Shown one piece after another: positions 55,072-64,000 of a stretch of DNA of 64,000 bases. Under the pieces are notes generated by a model, which was not told the origin of the DNA, ran no database searches, and saw only the letters and a program-made list of their open reading frames with translations. The DNA lies in IMG/VR virus record IMGVR_UViG_3300037483_001818, one strand, 5' to 3'. Both the position numbers and the translations under genes were made by a program. Source of the DNA: a virus (taxonomy: Duplodnaviria > Heunggongvirae > Uroviricota > Caudoviricetes). Position 1 is the stretch's first letter; every line of letters starts with the position of its first letter.

Positions 55072-55458
55072 CTACGTCTCGATGCCGAGGGCTTTGAGGT
55101 CCGCGGCCGTTAGCCCCCCGGCGGCTGGTTCGGGCTGTTCCTCCGATAGGCCGAGCGTCTTCAGGTCTTCGGGGGTCAGCGCTCCGGCGGGTGGCTCTTT
55201 CGACGGATCTGGCGGAGGTCCGGGAACCTGCGGCAGCTCGCAGACATCGGTCGGCAAGCCCAGGTGCGCGAGGACCTTGGCCGTGCATCCGATGCAGAGA
55301 TCCAGCGCTTCGTGCTCTCGAGGACTTGGGACCGGCAGCCCAGCGGCGATGAACGCCTGAAGCATTTTGTAGTCGACGCGCGGAGGGCTCACGCTCAGGG
55401 TCGAGTGACCTCCATCGCGTGCGAACTTCGTACTGCAAGCATCGCAGACCATTGCCAT
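55072..55458 (-). CDS. zinc-ribbon protein with C-terminal LTPEDLKTLG-type repeats
   Basis: M 55458; CDAC...CIGC. Confidence 0.45.
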   Translation of the reverse strand: MAMVCDACSTKFARDGGHSTLSVSPPRVDYKMLQAFIAAGLPVPSPREHEALDLCIGCTAKVLAHLGLPTDVCELPQVPGPPPDPSKEPPAGALTPEDLKTLGLSEEQPEPAAGGLTAADLKALGIET

Positions 55459-55562
55459 GCGGTCGAGCGTATCAAATATCGTTGGCGAATTTCGGACGCG
55501 GACGCGCCGTTCAGGACATTCACGTCGCCCGCACGGACCGCCGAAACCATGAAGTGCTCGGT

Positions 55563-56372
55563 TCACTTCTTCAGGTCGGAGGCGGCCTGAAGAGCCTCCG
55601 CCGCGAGGCGCTGACGCCGACGCTGGTGGTTCTCATTCTCGGCGCGGAGGTCAAACGCATATTCGCGTGGAAGAGAACGGATCACGACACCAGGCTGGTT
55701 CGCCATCAGTCCGAGGGCGGAGAGGAGATCCTCGGACCAATCGAGCAGCGCGTGCTTCACGCTGCTCATTTTCCACGAACGGTGCCGGCGAGCGGCCTGG
55801 ACCATGTCCAAGGTGACTTGAGACCGAAGGCCCGCGAGAAGGCGTTTCGCGACCTCGGTCGGCACTTCAGGATCATGAAGGAATGCCGTCACGTCTCCAG
55901 ATTGCAAGTGTGGCGAGGCCGTGAGTGGTTTTGTCGGATCTGTACGCGCATGGAACTGGCGCATGCTGGTCATCGTTTCCTTGAGCACGTCGACTGTGCG
56001 TGACACGCGTGCGCGAAGACTGCGATCTAGGTACGCACGAAACGGCATGATCAGCCACACGGGAACGGTCAGGCGTGCCAGGGCTGTGTGCTCGCGATCC
56101 AATCGCAACGCTGCCTCTGTCACGGCGACCAGTGCACGTCCGAGTTGCTCATCTTGGAGTGCCGCCTTGACCTGGCTCTGCGAATACTCGGAACCTAGGT
56201 ACGGTACGAGTGCGCTGTCATAGGACCGCATTCGATCGTTCGCGGTCGACCACGCTTCCGGGATCATTCCGCGGAACAACTGCACGAGCCTGGTGCCACG
56301 CCGGTTGAGCACTTCCAGCGCGGTCGGCTCGAACAACGCTAGATCGTTGGACACGCTTCGGTTTACCAACAA
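55563..56372 (-). CDS. hypothetical protein
   Basis: ORF track. Confidence 0.5.
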   Translation of the reverse strand: MLVNRSVSNDLALFEPTALEVLNRRGTRLVQLFRGMIPEAWSTANDRMRSYDSALVPYLGSEYSQSQVKAALQDEQLGRALVAVTEAALRLDREHTALARLTVPVWLIMPFRAYLDRSLRARVSRTVDVLKETMTSMRQFHARTDPTKPLTASPHLQSGDVTAFLHDPEVPTEVAKRLLAGLRSQVTLDMVQAARRHRSWKMSSVKHALLDWSEDLLSALGLMANQPGVVIRSLPREYAFDLRAENENHQRRRQRLAAEALQAASDLKK

Positions 56373-56444
56373 TCCGAGATACGGAAAAGGACTCTTTCCG
56401 TCGACGACCGGGGAGCACCGCTGAGAGGCGGTGTGCCTATCCGA

Positions 56445-56672
56445 TTAGCGACCATCATTGAGAAGCTCGGCTAAGCGAACACGGGCCGCGGTCACCGTGG
56501 CGTGATCTTCGGCGCTGAGCATTGGCATCAGCATGTGAGGGATGAAGGCCCTCTTGTAGATGCGGACAAATTCACGGTCATTTTGTGTGGCCACGCCACG
56601 CTCGAATCGCGAGAGAGCTGCCTTGACGCGCGCGCTGATTTGCTCGTCGGTAAGGGTGTCAGCGGTGATCAT
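56445..56672 (-). CDS. hypothetical small protein
   Basis: AAGGAGAG RBS then ATG 56672. Confidence 0.5.
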   Translation of the reverse strand: MITADTLTDEQISARVKAALSRFERGVATQNDREFVRIYKRAFIPHMLMPMLSAEDHATVTAARVRLAELLNDGR

Positions 56673-56805
56673 CGACTCTCCTTGGGTGGCAAGCCGGATA
56701 AGCATGCTTATCCCTCACTGGCTGACCGAACGGCGGATGAAAGCGGCCACCGTGCTCGGCGTGATCTCCAAACCCCAGTGCCAAGGCATGGTTTGAACCG
56801 TCCGT

Positions 56806-58728
56806 TCATCGAACCGCGAGCTTGCCCATTGCCTCGTATTCGAGTTGTGCGGCCTTCGCGAGATGCGCTCCTGTAATCGGCGTGTTCTCGTCGGCGGCAA
56901 GGAACGCAGCACGCAGCACGGCGTTCTTTATGTAGCCGCCGCTCATCACGTACTTCTCCGCGAGCTTGTCGAGGTTCAATGCACCACGAACGGGGGCTTT
57001 CGTTGGGATCAGGGCGTGCCAAAGCTTCTGCCGCTCCGTCGCCTCGGGCATCGGGAATCGGACGTGAACAGCAAGTCTCCGCCGAAACGCTTCGTCGATC
57101 GCCGTCTCGTGGTTGGTCGTGAGAATACAGATGCCCCCAAAGGTCTCGATTCTCTGCAACAGGAAGTTCACCTCTTGGTTTGCAAACCGATCGTTGCTGG
57201 ACTTCACCTCGGTTCGCTTGCCGAACAGCGCGTCGGCCTCGTCGAACAGAAGAATTGCGTGACCAGCTTCTGCGGCATCGAACAGCTCGGCGAGCTGTTT
57301 CTCCGTCTCCCCGATCCATTTCGAGACGATCTTGCTCAGATCGACTTGGAAGATCTCGACGCGCAGCGAACGCGCGAGCAGTCCGGCAGCCATTGACTTA
57401 CCCGTCCCTGGCGGGCCTGAGAACAGCGCGGCGATACCGCGCCCCCTGCCGACCTTCTCCGCAAAGCCCCATTGCTCGTAGACACGATTCCGCTGGCGAA
57501 TCCTGGCGAGCAACTCGACGATTGCGGTCCCTTGATCTTCGGGAAGGACGAGATCATCCCAGGACTGGCTCACGGTCATGCGCGTCGCAAGCCCTGCGAG
57601 GCGATGCTCCAAGACGAGCCCAATCGCGGTCTCGATTTGCTCGGCGGTGGGGCGCGCACCGCGAGACATCCGCATGGCAGTTGTGCCGACCGCGAGCACG
57701 ATCGCTGGCGCGAGCGGGTAAACGCTGGCCAGAAGCGTGTGGTCATCCGCATGAGGTAGGGCACGCCGCCAAAGCTTCTCGAGCTGCTCACCTGTTGGGG
57801 GTGGCACGGTGATCAGCGTTGGCGGACGGCTCCAGGGACGTGCGATCGGCCTCGTGGACGTTGCGAAGATCAGCTCTTCAAACGCCGTTTCGACAAGATG
57901 GATGCGATCCGAACCCTCGGCGAGGGCGTCGAGGTCGCGCACCAACGGAACCGCGCCCAAGAGCTGACACTCTCGCGCGACCTTGCGCAGCTGCGTGCGC
58001 GTCTCGTCAAGTTGGCGCGACAGGTTGCGAGCTTCGATGATGATAGCACCCGACGCTTTCGTGGACGCCGCGGCGCCAAGCAACGTTCGTCGCCCAGAAC
58101 CAGACCGTCCCTGGACGAGTACCAGCTGTGGCTCGTCAATGGCCAACGCCGACTTCAACTGGGTCACGACATGGGGAGAGATCACGAGCTCGGCCAGCAT
58201 TCCTGGCGGCGTGTCATCAAAGCGCGCGATGTCTTTCAGAGAGCTGTCGAGCCGAAGTAGACCCGTGGCCAGCTCAAGAACGCGATCGGCGATGCGCACC
58301 CGCTGCATGCTCATCGCGAGATGGCGATGCTCCAGATCTACCTCGATCAATGCCTTCCTTCGTAGCGCCCCGGTTTCCAGCAAGTCATCGAGACCGATCG
58401 ACGGTCGATCTGAGTACACGACGGCGAGGAGCGTGCCGATCGTGATGCCTCGCGAGTCATTCGAGAGATGTGCGAGCAGATGTCGAACAGCTGGATCCAG
58501 ATCGAAGGCAACGAGCGTCCAAAGGACGAGCATCTCCTGCTCTGTGAGGCCGAGACGCTGCTGACAAAGCGTCATCGGGTGGTCAGGCGCGAGGTCGGCA
58601 GGCTCGATCGGAATGGCTTTGGCGAGCGCTAGGTCTCCTGCGAGCCAGCCCTCTTCGCGGCCACGCGCGATCGCAGCGACAACATGGGGCCGCGCGATCC
58701 GGTACGCGTCGAACGCGGGATCATTCAT
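56806..58728 (-). CDS. two-module AAA+ ATPase (degenerate N-module, canonical C-terminal AAA)
   Basis: Walker A GPPGTGKSMAAG, Walker B ILLFDEADAL, sensor ILTTNHETAIDEAFRRR; N-module VLVQGRSGSGRRTLL; start set to M 58728. Confidence 0.75.
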   Translation of the reverse strand: MNDPAFDAYRIARPHVVAAIARGREEGWLAGDLALAKAIPIEPADLAPDHPMTLCQQRLGLTEQEMLVLWTLVAFDLDPAVRHLLAHLSNDSRGITIGTLLAVVYSDRPSIGLDDLLETGALRRKALIEVDLEHRHLAMSMQRVRIADRVLELATGLLRLDSSLKDIARFDDTPPGMLAELVISPHVVTQLKSALAIDEPQLVLVQGRSGSGRRTLLGAAASTKASGAIIIEARNLSRQLDETRTQLRKVARECQLLGAVPLVRDLDALAEGSDRIHLVETAFEELIFATSTRPIARPWSRPPTLITVPPPTGEQLEKLWRRALPHADDHTLLASVYPLAPAIVLAVGTTAMRMSRGARPTAEQIETAIGLVLEHRLAGLATRMTVSQSWDDLVLPEDQGTAIVELLARIRQRNRVYEQWGFAEKVGRGRGIAALFSGPPGTGKSMAAGLLARSLRVEIFQVDLSKIVSKWIGETEKQLAELFDAAEAGHAILLFDEADALFGKRTEVKSSNDRFANQEVNFLLQRIETFGGICILTTNHETAIDEAFRRRLAVHVRFPMPEATERQKLWHALIPTKAPVRGALNLDKLAEKYVMSGGYIKNAVLRAAFLAADENTPITGAHLAKAAQLEYEAMGKLAVR

Positions 58729-59176
58729 CGTCTCGTCCGCACGAATCGCCGGTCTTAAACGAGCGTTCGATACGAGCGAGATCATCTTCAGAAGGGAGTA
58801 GGCCGGTGTACGGCTCGCACTTGGGCGGAGACTCCACGCACGCCTTCCACAGCACTCGGTTCGCCTGGCTTAGCCCGTACCAGCGATCCATGAGCGTGTC
58901 TTTGGACAGGCGCGGCTGTTGTGTCTGCAAACGCGTTTTCAACTCAGCGATGTTCCAGCCCTGAGCGGTACAGATGTCGCTCAGCTGCGCTGCGTGCGTC
59001 GATCGAAGCTCACCGAGAGCACTGCGATGTGCCGAGAGCGCTAAGACGCAGCCGACAGCCACGACGACGAGAAGCCCGGCACGCGAGGCTGCCCTCGTAA
59101 ACGCGCGAGAGGGAGGCACTGCAAGCAGAACCGATCCTACGAAGCCCCCGAGCAGCCCGATGAAAAGTTGTCCCAT
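58721..59176 (-). CDS. small membrane protein
   Basis: MGQLFIGLLGGFVGSVLLAV... TM. Confidence 0.45.
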   Translation of the reverse strand: MGQLFIGLLGGFVGSVLLAVPPSRAFTRAASRAGLLVVVAVGCVLALSAHRSALGELRSTHAAQLSDICTAQGWNIAELKTRLQTQQPRLSKDTLMDRWYGLSQANRVLWKACVESPPKCEPYTGLLPSEDDLARIERSFKTGDSCGRDDE

Positions 59177-60597
59177 TACGCCTCCAAGGCCCGCAGCGAG
59201 AGGTTCTGCGCACGTTCTGCCATCAGCTTGATGTGCGTCGTCTCGGCATCCGTGGCGCGGTGCACGTCGACCGAGGATTTGCCGTTGATCATGTCGTTCA
59301 TCGCGTCGTGGTCTTCCTTGATGCGAGCGGGACCGACCGGCGTGCGGTGATGGATGATCATCTGCTGTAGGTTGGTCCAGTTGATATCGCGCACGTAGCC
59401 ATCGGCCGTGATCATGACGCTCGCGTACTGCGTTGCGGGGTTCGTATGCTCCGAACAGATGCGGATGATCTTGTTGATCGGGAGGTCTCCGACGCGACCG
59501 AGCTGTGCCAGGCGCTTCCGCACTTCGGGCCCGACGTTCCCTAGCCGCATGCGGTGATCGGGATCGGCGAGGAGTTGTCCGCCCATATCGATGAAGATCT
59601 CCAGCATGCCGGATTCCGCATCGATCGCGTGCACTTGGTTATTCTCCAAGGCGCCTTGCGTTTTCGTCGGATCGACATTCGAGCGCGTGGGATCCTGGCC
59701 TGGACGCTCCGGCGCCTGGGCGGAGTCCTTGAGTCCGACCGCACCCTTGCTTCCATTCTTCTCGAAGAAGTCCCAGCCGCCCATCGCACCGTGCGACGCC
59801 TGCGCGAGAAAATTCGTCCAGCCGATGACGATGCGATCCTTGATGGCATCGAGAATCTCTGCTGTCGATGCGAGCAAGCTTTGCGAGGCAATCAACGCGG
59901 CATCCAGCTCCGCCGACGTCAGGCCGGCGAGCTGGTCGTGAAGCTTGGGCCATTCGGCACTGAAGCGAGCGACCGCCGCGAGCTCTTCGGCGCGGAGTTG
60001 ATTGAAGTACGCAAGCTTGAGGTCGCGGACGTCAGGCGGAGCAACCGGCGAGCTTGGCGATAACGCCTTTCTGACGAGATCCTTCATCGCGTACGCGATG
60101 AAGGTCGCTGCTGGGCTGCGTCCCTTGGGCGCGGCTGCGGGCGCCGATTCATCCGGGCCCTTCTCAGAGGTGGAAGGTTTGCTGCTCGTCAATGCCCCAG
60201 CGACCCATGCTCCCAGCGCGGCGCTGGAGCCATAGAGCGTGCTCATGGCCGCGATGCCTAGAATCTGGGCCAGCCAACCGCCGTCCACATTCTTCGGCAT
60301 CTCGGCAGGCATGATGAGGTCCTTGGCGGCATCCATGCCCAGATTCAGCGCCGTGAACACGGCGTCTTGAATTCTGCCGATGCCTTGGATCTGGCCTTCG
60401 CGATGGCTGTTCTCATCCACCGCGTGGCCCGGCTTCGCAGAACCGCCTGTCGCGTTCATGGAACCAAGGATTCCGTCGACCGTACCCGCAGACGGCGGTT
60501 GATGGGCTTGATCCTCTTTCCTGCGCGCAGCGAGTTGTTTGTCGCGCGCTTGCTTCGCGGCGTCGCGGTCCGCGAGTCCCTGCTCAGGTCCACTCAT
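59176..60597 (-). CDS. hypothetical protein
   Basis: ORF track; ATGA coupling. Confidence 0.55.
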   Translation of the reverse strand: MSGPEQGLADRDAAKQARDKQLAARRKEDQAHQPPSAGTVDGILGSMNATGGSAKPGHAVDENSHREGQIQGIGRIQDAVFTALNLGMDAAKDLIMPAEMPKNVDGGWLAQILGIAAMSTLYGSSAALGAWVAGALTSSKPSTSEKGPDESAPAAAPKGRSPAATFIAYAMKDLVRKALSPSSPVAPPDVRDLKLAYFNQLRAEELAAVARFSAEWPKLHDQLAGLTSAELDAALIASQSLLASTAEILDAIKDRIVIGWTNFLAQASHGAMGGWDFFEKNGSKGAVGLKDSAQAPERPGQDPTRSNVDPTKTQGALENNQVHAIDAESGMLEIFIDMGGQLLADPDHRMRLGNVGPEVRKRLAQLGRVGDLPINKIIRICSEHTNPATQYASVMITADGYVRDINWTNLQQMIIHHRTPVGPARIKEDHDAMNDMINGKSSVDVHRATDAETTHIKLMAERAQNLSLRALEA

Positions 60598-60637
60598 GAC
60601 GCATCTCCTTGTTCGTGCACTGCGGTGGTGTCGGCCT

Positions 60638-61036
60638 TCATGGGATGGAATCCATTGCTTGCTTGAGGATCATCCTCAAGCAAGCGTCGTCGGTGCACGC
60701 ACGCCACGCGTCCATCGGAAACGGCTGGGGCATGCAGCGGTCGAGCATGACCTTCGAATCGTCCCCACCTCTGGCGTTGCCGACTCGATCGTAGAGATGG
60801 CGGCGTTCATCCTCGATCTGCTGGGGTGTGAGCCACGCCGGGTTGTCGGTGTCGTGAATCATGGATCGATCGGTGAGGAGGGCTGCCTTGACCGCACCGC
60901 AGATCTCCGCGTATTTCTTGGCCTTGGGCGTGAGCCGGTCGACCTGTCGGTTGAGGGTGGTGTTGATGTACACCATCGCGACGATCGCGACGATGAACGC
61001 GATGGTTCCGATGATCTTCACGTAGACGAGCTTCAA
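60638..61036 (-). CDS. membrane-anchored small protein, paralog of 61033-61404
   Basis: TTG start overlapping upstream stop (TTGA); TPKAKKYAEICGAVKAAL and CLRMILKQAMDSIP match the paralog. Confidence 0.45.
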   Translation of the reverse strand: MKLVYVKIIGTIAFIVAIVAMVYINTTLNRQVDRLTPKAKKYAEICGAVKAALLTDRSMIHDTDNPAWLTPQQIEDERRHLYDRVGNARGGDDSKVMLDRCMPQPFPMDAWRACTDDACLRMILKQAMDSIP

Positions 61037-61404
61037 GGGATCTTGGCCTCCACAGCCTTGAGGATGTTCACGATGCAAGGGTAGTCGCGGCGATTGCGGC
61101 ATGCGGCAAGCGCGTGGAGGTCTACCGTGTCGTGAGAGCACCAGTCGAACATCCGTGTCCGGTTGCCGATCTGGCGATTGTCGTATCCGTCGAGGACGAA
61201 CTGGCGCATCGGTTCATCCTCGCTACGGCCTAGGAAGAAGATGTCGCTCCCGACCGCGGACTTGATGGCGAGGCAGATCTCGTCGTACACCTTCGCCTTC
61301 TCCTTGAGGCGGTTGTTCTCCCGCGTGAGGGAGATCGTGATCCATCCGGCGGCGATGAACAGGAGGGCGGTCGTCGCGATGGTGATGCGGGCGATGCGAT
61401 TCAC
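61033..61404 (-). CDS. membrane-anchored small protein, paralog
   Basis: GTG start with GGAGA RBS lying in the IS left-end repeat; KEKAKVYDEICLAIKSAV, CIVNILKAVEAKIP. Confidence 0.5.
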   Translation of the reverse strand: MNRIARITIATTALLFIAAGWITISLTRENNRLKEKAKVYDEICLAIKSAVGSDIFFLGRSEDEPMRQFVLDGYDNRQIGNRTRMFDWCSHDTVDLHALAACRNRRDYPCIVNILKAVEAKIP

Positions 61405-61411
61405 GTGGCAG

Positions 61412-62700
61412 TCTCCAAGGCGGAAGCCCCGCCGTTTAGGGCGGGGAGGAAGCCGCTCTGCTTTGGTTGTCGTACCGCTGTGTTACGTAGGGCAGGGTGC
61501 TGATCTGCAAGTCCTTCCGCTACCGCGTCTATCCGACGGCTGTGGTGATTGCTACGGCGGAACGGTGGAGTGATGCGCTGCGGTTCCTCTGGAACCTTGC
61601 GAACGAGCAACGACTCCTCGGATTGGCACGAGAGCGTGGTGAGCGGCGCTACGTGACCGCGTTTGATCAGTCGAAGGAGCTGACTGAACTTCGATCTGAA
61701 CTGTCGTGGCTTGCAGAAGTTCCCCGCAACGTATCGATGCAGCTTCTTAACGATCTCGACCAAGCTTGGCAGCGATGCTTCAAAAAGCTCGCGGATCGCC
61801 CTTCGTGGAAGCGCAAGGGCGTCGACGTCGTCAACCTGTGCGAACCGCACCCGAAGGTTTGGCGGCTCGACGGCTCGACGCTCTACTTTCCCAAGCTCGG
61901 AAAGATTCGTGCGGTCGTTCATCGCCCGCCTGAAGGCAAGCCGAAGTCGTGCACGCTCGTTCGTGATGGTGACCAATGGTTCGCATCGATTGCATGTGAA
62001 ATCGAAATCCCAGATCCTCCCCCGCGAACCAGCCCTGTGGTCGCGATCGATCGCGGCATCACCAACTTCGCAGGGACCTCCGATGGAGAGCTGATCCACG
62101 GGCCTCAGTACCTGAAGGCTGCGCTGAAACGACTTGCGCGTGCTCAGCGAAAGGTTTCCCGTCGAAAGAAAGGATCCAAGAACCGAGAGAAAGCTAAACG
62201 AAGCTTTATGCGTCAGAGTCGCAAGGTCCGTCGACAACGCCATCATTTTGCGCACGTTCAGTCGGCACGATTCGCCAAGAGTCACGGTGTGATCGTGCTG
62301 GAGGATCTGAACGTCGCGGGGATGATGCGTGGGAACTGTGCGCGTGGAATCGGTGATGCAGGCTGGTCGATGTTTGAGTGGATGGTCCGCTACAAACTGG
62401 AATGGTCTGGCGGATCGGTCAGGCTTGTCCGGGCAGCGTATAGCTCGCAGGAGTGCGACTTCTGCGGACACATCGACGCGAAATCGCGGCGGGGTGAGGT
62501 CTATTGCTGTACGAAGTGTGGTCATACGGATCATGCGGACATCAATGCAGCGAAAGTATTGTTACGCCGTGCGAATCGCTCGGTGCTGCCTGTGGAGGGA
62601 GAGCTGCTCGAGGGCGCCCTGAGAAGCAGGAAAGCGAAGGTTGGATTGCGTGTTCCACGCCGTCGATCTTTGCAAAGCTCCGGCCTTTAGGCCGGGGTTG
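61412..62700 (+). mobile_element. IS200/IS605-family element encoding TnpB only (no tnpA seen)
   Basis: left end with hairpin CCCCGCC-GTTTAG-GGCGGGG, tnpB ORF; right boundary approximate. Confidence 0.6.
61497..62690 (+). CDS. tnpB: TnpB (IS605 OrfB, RuvC-like plus zinc finger)
   Basis: N-terminal FRYRVYPTA...LWNLANEQRL motif; C-terminal CDFCGH...CTKCGHTDHADINAA zinc finger. Confidence 0.8.
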   Translation: MLICKSFRYRVYPTAVVIATAERWSDALRFLWNLANEQRLLGLARERGERRYVTAFDQSKELTELRSELSWLAEVPRNVSMQLLNDLDQAWQRCFKKLADRPSWKRKGVDVVNLCEPHPKVWRLDGSTLYFPKLGKIRAVVHRPPEGKPKSCTLVRDGDQWFASIACEIEIPDPPPRTSPVVAIDRGITNFAGTSDGELIHGPQYLKAALKRLARAQRKVSRRKKGSKNREKAKRSFMRQSRKVRRQRHHFAHVQSARFAKSHGVIVLEDLNVAGMMRGNCARGIGDAGWSMFEWMVRYKLEWSGGSVRLVRAAYSSQECDFCGHIDAKSRRGEVYCCTKCGHTDHADINAAKVLLRRANRSVLPVEGELLEGALRSRKAKVGLRVPRRRSLQSSGL

Positions 62701-62701
62701 A

Positions 62702-63904
62702 TTACGAGGTACCTCCAGAGAGGTTGGGAACGACAACGGCCGGTGCTGTTGCCTGGTTGGGATCCGGCTGCGGTCCCTGGACGGGACCAAGTGGTGGTAG
62801 CGGCTTGGGGCCCTGCACGGGGCCAAGCGGCGGAAGCTTTCGACTCGCCGGGGCCAGGTCGAGGCGCGGGATCATGAGTACCGACTGATCGCCGGTCTCA
62901 GCCGCGAGCTCGCTGCGCGAACGATAGCGGGTCGTGGGCGCAAAGCCCCACACCTGCTGCTGCCGTTCGATCGCCGTACTCTGGAACTCGGGCTCGACCG
63001 GACGCATGAGGGTGAGCCTGCCCTGCTGAGAAGGACCGAAGTGTTCCGGATCGCCCCGCTCGATCTCGTGGCCGTCCTTGTAGCTCGGATCAGAAATTCC
63101 ATCCGCGCTGCCATGTCCGTTGGCCCAGTCCTCGCGCAGGTAGTAGAGCTTGGGCACCGGATCTCCCTCGATGACGACCCACGCAACCTGGGTGTCGCGA
63201 ACGGTCGCGTTGTAGGAGTCCTTCTTCGACGCGCCGTCCTTGAGCCGGTGCTTGTTGCGACCGATCTCCGAGGCGGGGCTGTTCAGGTAGCGCGCGAGTT
63301 TCTGTTCGAGCACGGCCTTGAGATCGGGCTGGGTGTGTCCGTTCTCCGCATCGAAGCTCTTGTAGAGCGCGATCCGCTCCGCGTCGTTGGCTACCGCTGG
63401 CGCCTCACGAGACAAGTGCTGGTAGGAGATGGCGGCTGCACGCTTGAGCTGGTCGAGATAGCTCATCGCCACCTGCTTGCGATCGGAGGCATCCGCGTTC
63501 AGATCCTTCTTCATCTTCTTCAGCTTGCCTGTCACGGCAGTCTTACCCGTGCGCATCGCGCTCCTGATGACATTGTCCAGACTCTCGGGGCTCGCGACGT
63601 TCAAGAGGTTGCGAACCAACGAAGTATCCTTCGCGTCCTCGGTGCTGGTCTGGAAGTCCAGCATGCTCTCGATGGTCTGATGGAACGTCTCCGGCGGCGT
63701 CGAGCGGACCGCTTTCAATGCCTTGCCCGCCAAGTTGCCGAGGAAGCCGCTGGCGATGTCGAGCGCGAGCACGATGATCGCAGGGACCTCTTCTTCTTTC
63801 TGGATGAGACGATCGAATCCGATCTCGGTGAGTGCGTCGGTGAGGAAGTGCTCGGAGGTGCGGATCGAGATCTTGATCTCAGTGACGAGACGCTCGCGCT
63901 GCAC
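62702..63904 (-). CDS. hypothetical protein with C-terminal LPPLGPVQGP tandem repeats
   Basis: ORF track. Confidence 0.55.
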   Translation of the reverse strand: MQRERLVTEIKISIRTSEHFLTDALTEIGFDRLIQKEEEVPAIIVLALDIASGFLGNLAGKALKAVRSTPPETFHQTIESMLDFQTSTEDAKDTSLVRNLLNVASPESLDNVIRSAMRTGKTAVTGKLKKMKKDLNADASDRKQVAMSYLDQLKRAAAISYQHLSREAPAVANDAERIALYKSFDAENGHTQPDLKAVLEQKLARYLNSPASEIGRNKHRLKDGASKKDSYNATVRDTQVAWVVIEGDPVPKLYYLREDWANGHGSADGISDPSYKDGHEIERGDPEHFGPSQQGRLTLMRPVEPEFQSTAIERQQQVWGFAPTTRYRSRSELAAETGDQSVLMIPRLDLAPASRKLPPLGPVQGPKPLPPLGPVQGPQPDPNQATAPAVVVPNLSGGTS

Positions 63905-64000
63905 GTCGGTGAGGAAGTTACCTTGACCGCTCTTGTTCTCGCGGTTCTCGATCCACGCGTCTCCAATATCCGCCGCACTGGTGGCCGGCTTCTGTTGCGG

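Noticed and set aside
54323-55438. 371-aa minus-strand ORF
   Set aside because: Arg/Pro-rich high-GC frame artifact; overlaps tRNA-Ser genes and the PrfH-like gene on the opposite strand.

Overview
GC-rich (~65%) 64-kb accessory region of phage/prophage character. It carries phage replication/recombination genes (VirE-family NTPase, RadA/Sak4-like RecA-fold ATPase, sigma-70 region-4 HTH protein), four or more HNH endonucleases and many small overlapping ORFs with GTGA/ATGA translational coupling. There is an exceptional set of about 45 tRNA and tRNA-like genes in five clusters: 18.6-21.3 kb, 21.9-23.5 kb, 33.0-34.0 kb, 46.7-47.0 kb on the minus strand, and 54.0-54.4 kb. Around the tRNAs sits a translation/RNA-repair arsenal: an Ro60 ortholog (rsr, TROVE+vWA), RtcB RNA ligase, a PrfH-like truncated class-I release factor that needs a +1 frameshift, a PTH2-type peptidyl-tRNA hydrolase, a metallophosphoesterase, a dual-specificity phosphatase, an AlkB-like dioxygenase and an HD-domain (p)ppGpp-hydrolase-like protein. 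Other notable content is a coupled HNH / JAB-MPN / Cys-rich small protein / E1-like (ThiF) cassette, a 15-aa motif recurring in five unrelated proteins, an IS200/IS605-type tnpB element plus a truncated copy sharing a hairpin-bearing left end, and several atypical tRNA-like RNAs that are candidate Y-RNA partners of Rsr. No CRISPR array or rRNA was found. tRNAs were folded by hand, so their coordinates are +/-2 nt and anticodon calls are provisional. CDS coordinates follow the supplied ORF track, with starts re-chosen where noted.
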